Shown: positions 14,088 through 27,492 of the stretch, piece after piece | How positions within the stretch are numbered: the first letter of the stretch is position 1 | Layout of the letters: every line of letters begins with the position of its first letter | NCBI GenBank assembly: GCA_977030845.1 | Contig: OZ365110.1 | Span: forward strand, 11,532,001-11,596,000 | Direction: 5' to 3' | DNA length: 64,000 nucleotides | DNA from: Fimbriosthenelais zetlandica | Lineage: Eukaryota | Translations under genes and position numbers: made by a program | Notes under the pieces: model-generated | What the model saw: the letters and a program-made list of their open reading frames with translations, nothing else | Databases searched by the model: none | What the model was told of the DNA's origin: nothing

Positions 14088-14298
14088 AGCCGGGACTCCA
14101 CTGCTGCGATTTTGTTTGCGACACGTCTGCCACAAAGGTGATGCTTGTGTTTCAATGATAAATTTACCAATTAATTAAGGCCTTAAGGCCTAGGACACTT
14201 GAACCACAATTTATAAATTTTATTCTTACACAACTTCACAAGCATCACCCTTGTCGCAGTAGTGTCGCAAGCAAAATCGCAGCAGTGGAGTCCCGGCT
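14088..14298. mobile_element. PIF/Harbinger-like MITE, family A (best-preserved copy, 211 bp)
   Basis: Long TIRs AGCCGGGACTCCACTGCTGCGATTTTG / CAAAATCGCAGCAGTGGAGTCCCGGCT that extend imperfectly to about 60 bp. Flanks are TTA and TAA. Five more copies occur in the window. Confidence 0.85.
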
Positions 14299-16142
14299 TA
14301 AATGTTTTCAAGGGCCTGTTTCAAAGCACATAATTTAATGTGCTATAGCATATTAAATTATATATACACATTAAAAAGTATACATCAGCCTTATGTATGT
14401 GGAATCAGGATGATTTGTTTTATTTATATCCTACATATCGCAGTCATTATGTTAGTCAGCCTGACATGTGTTTTGGGTCCAGTAGCAGACGAGAGGCTTG
14501 GGGACAGTTACTTAAGTTTCTTGGTCAAGTTTGGGCAAATGGACAATAATGGGTGAACTGGATTTAATAGGGCTTTAAAGGGGCACTTTTCCTTGTATAG
14601 ACTTTTACTTAACTTACTCCAAATTTTTGGTCGCACACATTATGGTGTGACTGGATTTTTAGACTTATTTCCAATACCATTCGTTAGACATCACTTGACC
14701 GGCACTCAAGCTGTGTGTGGGTTAAGAAGCAGAATGCGGAGTTTGGTTGCAGCTATGTAAATTAACTGATTCTGACTAGCAAAGTTCCTGGGTAAAAATT
14801 TCTCCAGCCAATGCCCGACCAATAATCTAACTGATTTATCGACTCCAAGTGGAAAAGTGATAGTGGTAGTGAAATTTTGGTGATAGCGGTTCTATCAGAA
14901 GATAGAATGCGTTCTATTAACCTATTGTATTGCTTAAGTTGAACGATTTCGTTATGAAACATGCCCCAGGTATAATATTATATATAGGCTAACAAAAATA
15001 CAGGAAATTGGGCTTAGATGTACGTCTATTTCAGATTATGTCTGCACTCCTCTTAAATCACAGCTTTTTCTGTGCACCACAGGAGAGTTGATCTTATAAC
15101 GGACCTTGCTGTATCCCATGGGTTGACTTTTCTATAACGAAAGAAACAAAACTTGGCTTTGAGCGATGACATTTTGCCATGCTAAGGGGCAATTTATCGA
15201 GGAGAAATAGAGAGGCGGGAGGTGGCCCTTGTGTTAGTGGACTATCTATTGTGTAGCTGCTTGTTAGTGTTTACCTTACATACACCCGCTCACTAATTGG
15301 TCATGAGAGTGGCCTCTACAAGTCGCTTCACTGCCATTTTAAAAGTTTTCATTGAGGCGGGGAAGCAGGATAAATCACACATAATAAGGTGGGGGTATGG
15401 CGATAGAGGCGCGGGAGCCATTTTAACTATAAAAACATGGTTTGTACACATGCACTTTACTTGATGTAAGGGAATAGTTACATTAGGAGGGGAAATTATT
15501 CAACCGGAATCACAACTTATTGACAAAATAGTTGCTTCTGAACACTCATTCTTTGTTATATAATCTTCCACTGATGTAGGGTACAAATGTAGGCCTACAT
15601 TAAGTTAAAAATAACTAATATTGCTACCAACTGATGTCATTAAATTATTTAGTTATTATTATAGATATTAATTTAGTTATTTTTTAATTTAAACGGGACA
15701 TATTGAAACACACAATAAGGTTATATACATGTATACACATATTTATAAATTCAATATACTACAGCGGTCTCTTTCATAAGTCTCTTTTATAAGTAAAAAA
15801 AAATGTTTGTGCATGGGAAATAACAGAAAGTCTATCCGATGAGAAACATGTCAACTGTTTGGTTATGCTTCACTCATGTGGTGTTCTGTTTGTGAGCGTA
15901 ACAAAAAGGGTCCCATGTTTGTATACAACCTGCCTTTACCTGAAAACACAGTTCATCTCTTCGATAAACACCTGTACCTCCTCATATGCATGTGCATGCC
16001 AGTCCTCTCCCGACTTCCCGTTCCCTTATCTTCACTCTCAGTCCTCAGGGGCGGCGCCAGCAATTTGAAAAGGGGGATTCGAATTTGAGTTGGGTTGGGA
16101 GTAATGTCACCCTACACACCAATACGATGAAATGAAGAAAGA

Positions 16143-16172
16143 AGTATATACTGAATATATTCAGTATATACT
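16143..16172. repeat. Perfect 30-bp palindrome
   Basis: agtatatactgaata|tattcagtatatact is its own reverse complement. Confidence 0.9.
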
Positions 16173-17296
16173 GAAACACTTACATATATAGGGTAGATTC
16201 AAACTGTCCAACCGACTTTCGTTGGCCACATTTTCCCAGATCTTTTATTTCTTCGATCGAACCCTCCAAACCCCCCTGGATCCGGACCTGCACCTTCCCT
16301 TTCTCTCCATTGGACCTTCCCTCTCCTTTAGACTCTTCCTCGCTTATCACTCCCTCCTATCCTGACCATCTACCTCTCCCTCTCTCTACCCTTTCACCCC
16401 TAACTCGACCCTGCAAACATTACCTAATCCATTCCGCCTGGCTTTCCATCATGCCCACTGACTGGCTTCGGCTACCCTCCTCAATGACTTGGCTGGGGTG
16501 ATAGACATACTTATCTTTGGACAGTGGGAAATCAAATGCTTTCTGCTCACATGCAACCTCTGTTTAGCTCGGATCAGCCTTATCTCGCAGACTCATGCAT
16601 TTTGGTTTCAACTTACATTCAAGTATTTGTATTGAGACCATTGAAGGCGGCGGCCCTATATATGGTGTGCCAGTTAAGTGCTTTGGCCGGCAGTACTGTT
16701 GGACTGATGTGGGGACTGTTATTCTATAAAAGCAATGATAGAGCCAGGAGGAGGCTGATCGCTCAGCCTCAAATGATCATAATTCCTGGGTGTTTAAATC
16801 GTCGTACCAGCCCGGTGATCGGACGCTTCGGCTTGTGGGCCCTCCCATGAATGAGCAGATACAGTGGGTGGGGGGAGCAGGTCCAAATCAATGGAACAAG
16901 CTCCATCATTTTGTCATCGTCTCCATTTAAAGCACAACCCTTACCTTGGCTCTGATGAAATGCAATAATTGCACCAGACCCGAGTGCACTTCACCAGGGT
17001 CAGGCCTCCACCAATGTGTGGGCTCATAATGTGTGAGATGTGCATCTGATCTATCCCACGTACAATGTATAAGTGGCTTCACTTAATGGTGGTGGGAGTG
17101 GGCTCTATTTCAATATTACCTGAGATTAAGCCAAAAATGAGTTCAAAAACGTGTTTTTGAGCAATATTTCACATATACCACTGCCAGGGAAAACATTCAA
17201 GTGTGAAAGTTCTTTGGCGGCAGGAGTGCAGCATCAGGGTCGGCATAGAAATCGCATGGACATATTCATGGTAGGGTTTTTTTCCTGTGTAGAGAG

Positions 17297-17317
17297 ATAT
17301 ATATATATATATATATA
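17297..17317. repeat. (AT)n microsatellite
   Basis: Direct reading. Confidence 0.95.
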
Positions 17318-17655
17318 AACCACACAGTTTTTATATACACTCACAGGGGGATTATCATCAATCAGAGAGCATTAGACAGTGTTTTCTTTCAGAATTCTCT
17401 TGGATACAACCTGTAAGGAGGCTCCTACAGCAGTGCGACTGACATGCCAATATCAATTTCCTTGGAATGAGAGCGAAGCTATGGGGGAAAAAAGAACGTC
17501 AAGAGTCATGGGAACGACCTGTTGTTCTGTCTCTGAAAGTGGATAATCCACTTACAGGAAGCACCATTTCTAGGATAGGTTCTCCCTTATCTCCCGCTTC
17601 TCCCATTCACGGTCCCCCACACAGCTTCTCTTCCTACTGCCATCATGGGAAATAT

Positions 17656-17899
17656 AGCCAGGAACACACTAAACAAACAATACAATCAATAATGTTCAAG
17701 TTTTTTTCAGAGTTTTTTACCGTGCAACAATCTGCATGATGCTGATTTAGCTTAATCGAATGCAGAGAAAGAAATTTCTTCCTTTGCTGACACCCAGATT
17801 TGAACTGGCGTGATTCAAATCATGGGATCAAATCTATACATTAAGTATACAGCAAAATCAGTTTATCGTATTGTCTGTTTGCTTAGTGTGTTCCTTGCT
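17656..17899. mobile_element. Harbinger-like MITE related to family C by its TIR
   Basis: Left end AGCCAGGAACACACTAAACAAACAAT. The reverse complement of the right end is AGCAAGGAACACACTAAGCAAACAGACAAT. The interior differs from the family C copies. Confidence 0.6.
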
Positions 17900-20800
17900 T
17901 GGTCTCATCTCCCACAACCTTTAACATTACATGAGAATAAAGCGCTGGCTGTTATGTATAACAGGACACAATAATTGATTATGGGAAAGATGGGATTAAG
18001 CAATTACCTTAGTAAATCAAAAAGCATAGTCCACGTATGTGGGAAACTGATAAAATGTTTCAATGAAGTTGAAACTTAGTGAAGTTATGAATTCTCCAGT
18101 GAAATTGCCATGCAGGCAAACACAGTCAGTGGCTAAATCACAGAATTTGATCTTTACCTCATATCACATTTTTAGTTCATATCTCTGCCGCAATGTTGCT
18201 CCAATTTAGGCAGCACCTTGTTGGGTCTGATTTGATTTAAGCAAATGTCTGACCTAGTATCTAAGAAAATGAACACTTGTCCATCTGTCTAGTTAAGTTT
18301 GATTATACAAGGGAATTTCCCACAGCAGCCAAGCAAATGAAACAACAAGCACTCATTTTTAACCAAACCAATTAACACCATCTTGTAAGAGACTCGGAGT
18401 AAATGAATATTGATTCATGTGTCTGTTTGGTCGTTTTAAGCTGGGAATGGCCGTACAAAAACATCAGGCATTATAAGAACATCAGAGGACTTCATTGAAG
18501 TATGAGGTATGAAAGGTTTTTTGAGGGGATCATATATTCTTTGTCTAGTGGGGTGAGAAGCAGAAACGGTCCTTGCGGCAAACATTTTCTAGACAGTCTG
18601 GCCTCTTGAGCTAAGACACTTTATGGGTGGAGCCAGCACAATTGTGTGACACCTTCAGAATCCATGTATTTTGCTCCGGGTGGATACAAATGCCACGATG
18701 CAAGGCAGGAAATAATAGACTATGGCAGAAGCCTCTAGTGTAGCACAATAGAAATTTCTTCATCTTAGGGAAAAAAACAACCTCCTAAAAATTAACTATA
18801 ATAGTCATACTTTAAATTGTTCTTTTCTTTCTTCGTAATTACTCGTCAGATTTGTACTCATGATTCGAACCTAATATGTGCAGTCCTATGAGCTGGGGGA
18901 GGGGTTGTTATGCGCTATACCATTCACTAAATAAATTGGAAATTCACAAGCATTTTGAGGCAAAAAATGGGTTTAAATGATTCAAAGGCTTACAAAGGTC
19001 AAATCCTCCCTTAATCCTCCAAAATGAGAAATGTAAAAGGATCTGCAAAATGCTGATCAACAAATGTAGAGGCCGGGTCAAAGTTGAGGTCATTGCATGT
19101 AATTTGTCAACTCGACCTGATTGCTTGCATCTCGGGTTACAAGTTGACTGTTTGGTCATAGATCGACCTCCAACACCATAAAGGTAATACGAGACAGACA
19201 GGGTGGTCCACTAACCCACAGAAGCCAATTTCAAACCTCGACATAGGGCCAGGTAGGCCTAGACTTCAATGGACTTACCCTGACCGTATGGTTCATTCCA
19301 TTCGATAGTCAAAGTGGAATCGTGTAGGTGTATGAATTTGTAATTACTGTTTGCATTATGTAGTTTCCTTCAGAAAATATCAGCTAAATTTGTAAAGGAG
19401 AGAATTTCAGGGTGATACCTCTTATATACCGGCATATCCTACTACTCATATTATTCACTATGATTTCACATAAAAACGAGCGAAAGTGTTATTTCTGTTG
19501 ATTTATTTAACAAAAATACTATCATCTTCTAATTTTTTTAATCACACACCTCCTTCCATGCCAGTACATGATTTGATCATATCTGGTTGGCATCGAAACT
19601 CACAATATTTTTCTGTTGGTTATGTTAACGTCAAAATTGCTTGGGGAATTGAATACAAAACTTCACTCATTTGATGTTGCAGACTCTATATCTATGACCT
19701 CAGACACACAGTTTCTACCGGGGAAATATCACCAAACAGTAGAAGAAAATAATGAAAACAGCAAAAACAAGGATAATTCCACCTCCAAAAAGCAATTACC
19801 AAAATATAGGCCTCTGATCCCCGTGAAAGCCAAGGATGTCTAGAGACGGGGACGTGGTCTAGGGGCAGGTTTGTACATCTCAATGTACTATAGAATCATG
19901 ATGTATCGGCAGCTAAAAGCAATGTCAACTGTGATCCTCAAAGTGTCTTCTCATTGTCTCACTAGAAGACCAAGAACTAAAAACTAGCTTCTTTGTCTCT
20001 CCAAAGATTTGACGATACTTCTATTGAGTGGGAGTGACTTCTCAATTATTCTTGTCTGTGCTGAGTCTGGGAAAGACAGAGAGAGAATGTACAGTGTCCT
20101 GGAGAAGATAGAAAATATTTAGCAAACTCTGAGTCAAAGGTCTAGATACCGAAGGTTCAGCGTTGAATGCTGATCATTTGTATGTTCTTTGACTTATCAT
20201 TTCCCATCGAGATGTAGACTTTACGCTTGTTCATAATGTAGATCACAGAATGTTATGAACTTTGAACAAGATAATATTGTGACTCATGTCTATTATGTAC
20301 AACAGGATTTCAGACTAATGCACAATGCGATTCAGGGGCATTAGCAGTTTTGTAGGGAATAGGGTATACAAAACTGTGCTTGAGCTCATCAATAGGCCTG
20401 CTCAAATATGGCTGAAAAAGATGCAAGGATTACTGTATGCTGAAAATAGTCTCGTGTCAGTACAGTGTAAGTGAAAACTGAAGGGCACAAAAGACATTAC
20501 CGTCAATTTTTTCGCGAATGACCTTCGATTATTACCAAACCAACGGTCAAATGTCGGTCTGGCTGTGACCATAATTTAAACTGACAGACAAATATAATAT
20601 AAATAAATGTGTCTGTTAGATGGTTGAGAATCTGTCGAGATTTTGTTTGACATTTCGCCAGCCAGCACAGGGAAAATTTTTCAGGAATACTCTCAATACT
20701 GAAAGTTGTGACAGAGTAGCCTACTGAAGCACCGATATCATGACTATAATAGTCGTCAGTTGCATAGTGTGTCTGTGATTTGGGTGATCTTGATGCATGG

Positions 20801-21414
20801 AACACAAAATTTGTACATATTGACACAATGTGATATTCATCTGCATAATATATAATATATTAAGGTGTGCCCCAACCAATAGCGTCAGCGCCCGATAGAT
20901 AGCCGATAAGAAAAGCTCCTGATAGGAATTAACCAATAGGTCTGAGGCTATCATACGCTATTAATTTGTATCTGTAGCACTGATTATACAGATTCCTTAT
21001 TGCTTAAATCACGCACACATGCTTTTTAGAGCCTGGGTGTGGTTCATATATTGCTCACTCCTGTCAAAACACCCCAGACCGACTTGAGGTGCTAAACTGC
21101 AATTCTGCCAGTGGAGGGGGAAATAACCAACATAACAGTATATCCTGCTCGCTTATTGGCCAGACGAGTGTCACATGACTAATACCTATCAGATTGAGAG
21201 GTGACAAGTGTACACCTTGTGGTTGGCCAGCTGATAATAAGGACGAATACCACATGTCTCCCGTGGGAAATCGTTGAAATGACACCCACCCCGGAGACGG
21301 CTATATTACCCGCGTCCCCAAGGCTTGTATTGTAAAGTATGGGAGCATCTCAGCAACTATAGCGGACGCACCTTCACCACCAGCCAGGCTCCAATGTCTT
21401 CAGTATATATATAA

Positions 21415-21632
21415 AGCCTGGAACACACTAATCCGATTCTCAAATCCATTGCCATCCGATACCCTATTTCTAATGACATCTAAGGATTAAAATTGTGTCA
21501 GTGGTTAGCATTGCCTAGGTGTAAATGTCTGTTCATATTACATGCATTTGGTGTGAATAGAAATATAGTTTCAGAGAGCTATCGGATGGAGCCATATAGA
21601 TTATAGAGAATCGGATTAGTGTATTCCATGCT
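21415..21632. mobile_element. PIF/Harbinger-like MITE, family C
   Basis: TIR AGCCTGGAACACACTAATCCGATTCTC / GAGAATCGGATTAGTGTATTCCATGCT with TAA and TTA flanks. The interior is homologous to 39703-39909. Confidence 0.8.
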
Positions 21633-22039
21633 TTACTCTCCCAAGGCACTTCTTCCCTCCCCTCCATCTCTCAGTAGTGTACACACTTTTCACAAAAAGT
21701 AAGGGACATGCAGAAATGACGATACCTTTCCGGAATTATAAAATAATTGTGCACTTAGGGAGTCGAATGAATATGGTAGAATTTAGTAGTACTCTAGTAA
21801 CAGAGGAAGTTTATTTCTTTACGTTCCTAACTTTCTTATCATTATAACAAAAACCAATTATTATTATTATTATTATTGCTAACGTTTTGTCAAACCTGTA
21901 TAATATATAATATATGTGTACATGTACATACTATTGGAGTACAGTTCGCCAATTTGATAAGTTGTACTTTTGGGCCCTTTTCGAAAGGAGGCCTCCAAAG
22001 GTGAGCTCAATTCTACTAACCCCCAAAATGTCATAAGCA

Positions 22040-22356
22040 TTATGTGTATGTTTAATGGAGTTTAACTTTACTTTCAGCAATTTTCCAGGTTATCTAAGAT
22101 GGCGCCTTCCTGTGACCGCCCTTTGCTCTTTTATAGTGTGGCCTCACTGAGGTATCACGGTACAGGCACACAACATGATACCTCACCCAGTCACATTATC
22201 CTGAGAGCAGTCTGGGAGGCCGATCAGTCCTAGTGATGTCCTCATATTGCTGAGTGCCAAACGAGGGAGCCACTTGTACCAATGTTCAGGGGCCGCAGGT
22301 CGAACCGGTGACCTTCCACACACGGATCAGACACTCTACCACTACACCACCATGGT
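22040..22356 (-). mobile_element. tRNA-derived core SINE (Meta/MESC-like core), near full length
   Basis: The minus strand has a tRNA-like head (TGGTGTAGTGG A box, GGTTCGACC B box). The core gcctcactgaggtatc...atgatacctcacccagtcacattatcctga is shared with about 7 other copies. The family name is from recall, not searched. Confidence 0.8.
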
Positions 22357-24196
22357 GGGTGTAAGGCGCAATAAAGTGTTAATATAATATAATCAATTTC
22401 TACAGTTCCATTCAAAATAGACCCTGATCAATGCAGCCTATGTGGTTGGGGGAGTCGGGTTGATGGGTGGTGGAGGTAGACATGTGGCAAAGGCTTCACT
22501 TCAGAAGAAAAACCTCAATGGTGAAGAAGCCAGAGAGAAGCGCAAATATATATGGCTTCAGAAAGGTCCTTTTAAGAGACATTGCGAGAGGTGGGAAGAG
22601 CTCACAGCATGATGGCATTTTCCTCAAAATGCTCCCTCTTATTACGCCTCGCTTCCTGTTTCTGTTGGCGGTAAAATGCAATTCATTTGCTTGATGATTC
22701 GGCTTCCATCTGAGACAGTGATGGCCAAATCCCATCAGCCAGATATGGCAGCATCTCCGGGACCCATCTTGCCTGGCCTCCTACCTCTGCCATTAAATCA
22801 CACTAATTATTGGCTCACATAGGCTCCCGCCTGCCAACTCTTTGGCCAATTTGCATATGACACCCTCCAACCATGTAGGCATAAAATTGAATAAAACCAC
22901 GTACACTAGCTTGCCAGCAGCGCAAAGGTGAGTGTATGGGGATTTAAGTGGGGGCTGGGCTAGCTGATACCTATTAGATTTCCCCATAGAGGCCTGAGTT
23001 TATTATCCATACATACAGACCCGATACTCCGAACTTTATACATGTAGTGCGCAATAAAGATCGCTATATTTAGCTGCCTTTATAACATTTCTCCCAGCAA
23101 GCCTTTGTATTTAAGTTGGAACGTGATTCTTCAGATACAAAATATTTTTTTATGCTTAGATTTTTTTTGCCGTTTCACTCTAACTTAAAATCTCAAGCTT
23201 CAGCATGCAATAGATTTCATTATGCAAATGCACTATCATCTTACAAATAAAATATATATAAATATATCAAGAATACTACATAAAATGCCATTGTATAATT
23301 TTTTTATCCTTTTTGTCAATCGAAATAAATGTTAATGTATTAAGAGATTAAAATGCATTTTATCTAACTATATATATATTATTTTATTATAATATTCACC
23401 ATCATATCATTAGAATATCATTGTATATCATTATTAACTTAATGTCATCTTTCTGGGATAATGGAAAGTAAATTATAATTAAAGTCATTATTTTCAATTC
23501 AAGGAAGCGGGCAATCAAAAGAACATTCTGTCATTGGAGCTGTCCTCCGATGTGAAACTCGAGCGTGGCTTGGTGACAGATGAAAATTGATTGACTGAGC
23601 TAATTAAAATCTGTCTCTAAAATAATTACAGAAAATGAACGATGGTCAAAGTTCATTTCCAACAGCATAGCAGTCCGTAATAAATTGGTGACTGGAAGCT
23701 CTGTTTCTATAGCTGCATGAGAAAATAGAAAGAATATATGCAAAAACCTAAAGGTAATATTGAAAGAGACTTATACCAATTTATACAAAACATGCGGATC
23801 ATTTTAACTTGCATAACCTTCTTTAAAAAATCTTATTCATACTGGTCGAAAAATTCTCCTGGTTAAGTTTAACATATATATGTACCACTGAGTGGCATAA
23901 GTCCCAGTGTCAGTGTCAATTTCCTCAATACATTTTTAAAATGTGAGTCACTTTCACTGAAATATTCAATTTAATAGCTCAAGCTAAGGCCTAGGCCAAA
24001 TCAGTGGAACATAGCTCTGTCACACTACACTATACTGTGCGGCAAATGTTAGTACATGGCATACCGCTTCCAAAAGCAGCCGCACCACCACTGGATCTAC
24101 CTACACCCATCTGCAGCCTGGAGAAAGTTCCAGTCGATGTCATCAAGCGACTGGTAGCGGGGATATTGAGAAACTTACTACTCAGTCGCGATCCTA

Positions 24197-24276
24197 CAGT
24201 CTGTTCACTCTAAGTTGATCCGAAACTACAGTACATATGTATGGTGGTTTCGGATCAGCTTAGAGTGAACAGACTG
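24197..24276. mobile_element. 80-bp Tc1/mariner-like miniature hairpin element
   Basis: TA|CAGTCTGTTCACTCTAAGTTGATCCGAAACTAC...GTGGTTTCGGATCAGCTTAGAGTGAACAGACTG|TA: 33-bp arms with 2 mismatches, TA on both sides, CAGT termini. Confidence 0.8.
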
Positions 24277-24339
24277 TATGTGGGCTCTTACCCTGGCGGT
24301 TCATTCTAAAATTGAGAGGGTGTATTGCGGTGACCTGGG

Positions 24340-24420
24340 TGCAGTGGAAGTGTGAGTCCTGTCTCGAACTAAGACACCCACCAGATTGCGAGAGACCCGG
24401 GTTCGGTTCCCGGTCTGGCC
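24340..24420 (+). mobile_element. tRNA-derived SINE head fragment (second family)
   Basis: taagacaccc...gagacccgggttcggttcccggtctggcc carries a B-box-like motif. A similar string occurs at about 41545-41600. Confidence 0.5.
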
Positions 24421-26412
24421 AAATCACTTTTAACAACACTCATTGAAAATCCCAACAATACCCCCATGAAAATTAATTGAATTGTAGATATGGCTTTAAC
24501 AGACACAATTGTATAATATATTATATATATATATGTAGTAGTAGCACTGAATGTGGTATAGGACACTTGCATGGATTCAATTCCTGCTTTGAATACAGGC
24601 ACATTTATGTGTTTTATTTTCAATATTTTCATGTTAACCATATACCACTGGCCTTGGCTTTGAACAAATTTCATTGAGCTTCCTTGAATGGGCATCAACC
24701 TCATACAAATTAATACAAATTACATCAGTTTATTTTCCAAATACTCACGAAGTTATTTAATAGAATATAATATGTTAAGTGAGAAACCACACAGTCAAAA
24801 TGTTAAAAGATTCCACAGTTCCATGCTGTCAGTGGTTGCCTTGGTAACCCAGATAGCTGAGAGAGTGTTTGAATGCCCACAGAATTGACAGATTTCTCCC
24901 ATTTACCTTCGGTAAATTGTATATACTGCAGTAACATGCAAACAACTATTGAACACATCTTCCAGTTATATTCTTGTTTTCTATGGAAGCCACATGTCCT
25001 GACCGAACGCATTAGAGGGGATCAGACTTCTGTCAACCGCCAACTTAACCTAAAGTACATAGAGTGGCCATTCTCATCCGTGTGTCTACCTGCCAAAGTG
25101 CATTTTTTTTTCGGTGCTCCACCACCAAACTGCAATCTCTGTCAGCAATATGCCATCGCCCCATAGGATGTATAATATATGACGTTGAGAGGCATATATA
25201 ATAAGGGGCAATTCTCTTCTTGCCTTTGTGCTAAAGAGGCAGATTTGTCGGTAAAGTGGCGTATGGATAGATGAAAGGCGGATGAAAAGCCCCCTGTATT
25301 GTGGGCAGCTTGAAAGTGAAGGATGGAAGTAAACTGCATGCTTGATAAGCCCGCACAACAAGAGGTCAAAAGAAGTATGTGTAGGGAAGGGATCCATTTA
25401 GACATTACCCAGCTCAAGATGAGATCAAGCCGCCATCTATATTTTAGATGGAAGGTCATCTTGAGGTTCTCCAGTCAGCAATAGGGGGCACTGATTCTGT
25501 AGACTGAGCACCACGACACAAACCTAGCGTCAATCTTTTGAACTTCCTCTCTCAACAGGTTCAGGTGTAAATTTTATGATTATAAATTATTATGCTTTCC
25601 CCATCTGTGGTTTAATTCTGGGTCAACTGAAGAGTGAACAAAAGTGAAACGTGAGGATATCCATGATTTTATGATAGCAAAATTGTCAGGTTATTTCCCT
25701 GATGCTTTGTTAATTTTTAAAAAATGCCAGCCAAAATATATATACATGTGGATTGAATGTCGTGCACTCTGCATTCATATAATATTTTCCATAACATATA
25801 TATGGTTCAAGGTAAAAGTTGCTGTAGTCCTGAACAAAGGACAAAGTAACAAAGAAAAATATGAAGCGAATATATAGACTATTCGAGAAATGAGTGGATC
25901 GTTTGATGTCTACTTTGCAGTATCATTGTATATTCTATTGCCTCAGTGATTGTCTCGGAATGTCATATGAAAAACAATGAATAGTACAATACAAAGTATT
26001 AGGATTGGTTAAAAAAACAACATTCTAATACCTACATTGAAATGTCATGTAGTGAGTAAAAATAACATCTCAGTCACCACTGACAAAGGGGAATGTGGCC
26101 TCGAAGACAAAGCTTTAGCTATTTGGGGGTACATCGAACCCATCAAACAGAGAGATGGGCAAATCCAGACCCACAAAGAGAGAGATCTAAGATCTACTAA
26201 CGAGGCAATTAATGCAATGCGATCATTACTTCTTTATAAAGGAAGCGATGATAGTTTCTTTAAGGATCCCTGTGCCTCGAGCCAATGGCTGAAGGTAGCC
26301 TTTAAAAAAGCGGAAGGAATCTCATGACGATAACAAAGGAAATAGCGCTGTATGAATGTTTGCCTCGTGGTCTATATTTTTAACTGTATGAATTATAAGC
26401 CCCATTTCCACT

Positions 26413-26752
26413 GGTTGTATAGGGTTTAACGTCACTTTTTAACAATCCTTCAGTTATATCTTTTAATTTTTCAGTTATATTATGATGGCATCTACTTGTA
26501 ACAGTGAGCCCTATGTACTTTAATAATACTGCCTCACTGAGGTATCACGTCGCAGGCACATGTCATGATACCTCACCCAGTCACGTTATCCTGACACCAG
26601 GCCGACCAGTCCTAGCAGGCCTACTGTCCTCTTATTATTGAATGCCAAGAAAGGGAGGTACTAGTCCCAATTTTTAGTCATTGACCAGGTCACGGCTCGA
26701 ACCTGCGACCTACCACACACGGGCAGACACTCTAAACATTACACCACCGTGG
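26413..26752 (-). mobile_element. Core SINE, near full length
   Basis: Same core (gatacctcacccagtcacgttatcctgacaccaggccgaccagtcctag), tRNA-like head near 26690-26750 and tail motif gggtttaacgtcac. Confidence 0.85.
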
Positions 26753-27354
26753 TTGTACGGTAATACTCGGATCATCGGCCCGGGCTTCTCTGATGATTTG
26801 ATAAGGGAGACAACAAAATCAGAACTGAAAAGGATATAAAAAAAAATCGTCTACATGTATTAATTTCGTATGCACTTATCTGATCTCCACATAATCAATA
26901 AGCCAACTTCTTCTCTCCTACTCCCATTTCAAATTGCGGCTCAGTGGACTCAATACCTTAGGCTGCATTTAATATCCTCCAATCACCCAATCCTTCCCCC
27001 TTGCCCCTTGATTCAGAATACAAATCAAAAAGATATTAAAGTTGATTTCGAACACAAATCTTAAGGATACAAAAGAAGATTTACAGTATTCTGTATGCAT
27101 TAGCCCAATTGTCAAAGAAGGTTTGGGATCAAATCAGCCCATTTTCCACAATCAATAATATTCATCTCATGAATCACATTAATTTAAAGAATAACCCCAA
27201 AAGAAATATTATACTCTATTTATGGAATAGTCCAAATGATGTTCTCTTCTTTTGGGGGCAGGGGTCCATTTTCTAATTAAGGATCAAATATTTGAAGATG
27301 CCAACTATAATCTTGTTTCAATGCCTCGCCAAAGCTGTCCTAAATGTGTGGGTG

Positions 27355-27492
27355 AGAGGGAGGGAGGGAGGGAGTGAAAGAGAGTCAAGTAATGTCTGAG
27401 GGAGAGTGGTGAGAAGAGAGGGAAGAGGTAATATGTTGTGGGAGAGAGGGGGATATAACTAGGGTAGGGAGGGAAAGAGGAGAGAGAGAGAG
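27355..27492. repeat. GA-rich low-complexity tract
   Basis: Purine-rich gaga/ggga tract. Confidence 0.8.

Noticed and set aside
19616-19843. Hydrophilic 75-aa ORF with a possible acceptor (gttgcag|)
   Set aside because: The composition is explained by A-rich sequence, there is no partner exon or recognisable domain, and downstream frames are full of stops.
23045-23300. Possible Academ-like terminus (TAGTGCGCAATAAAG)
   Set aside because: No partner TIR or TSD found in the window, and the family resemblance is from memory only.
25369-25380. 12-nt match (aaagaagtatgt) to the 3' part of miR-1
   Set aside because: The seed region does not match and there is no complementary arm to form a hairpin.
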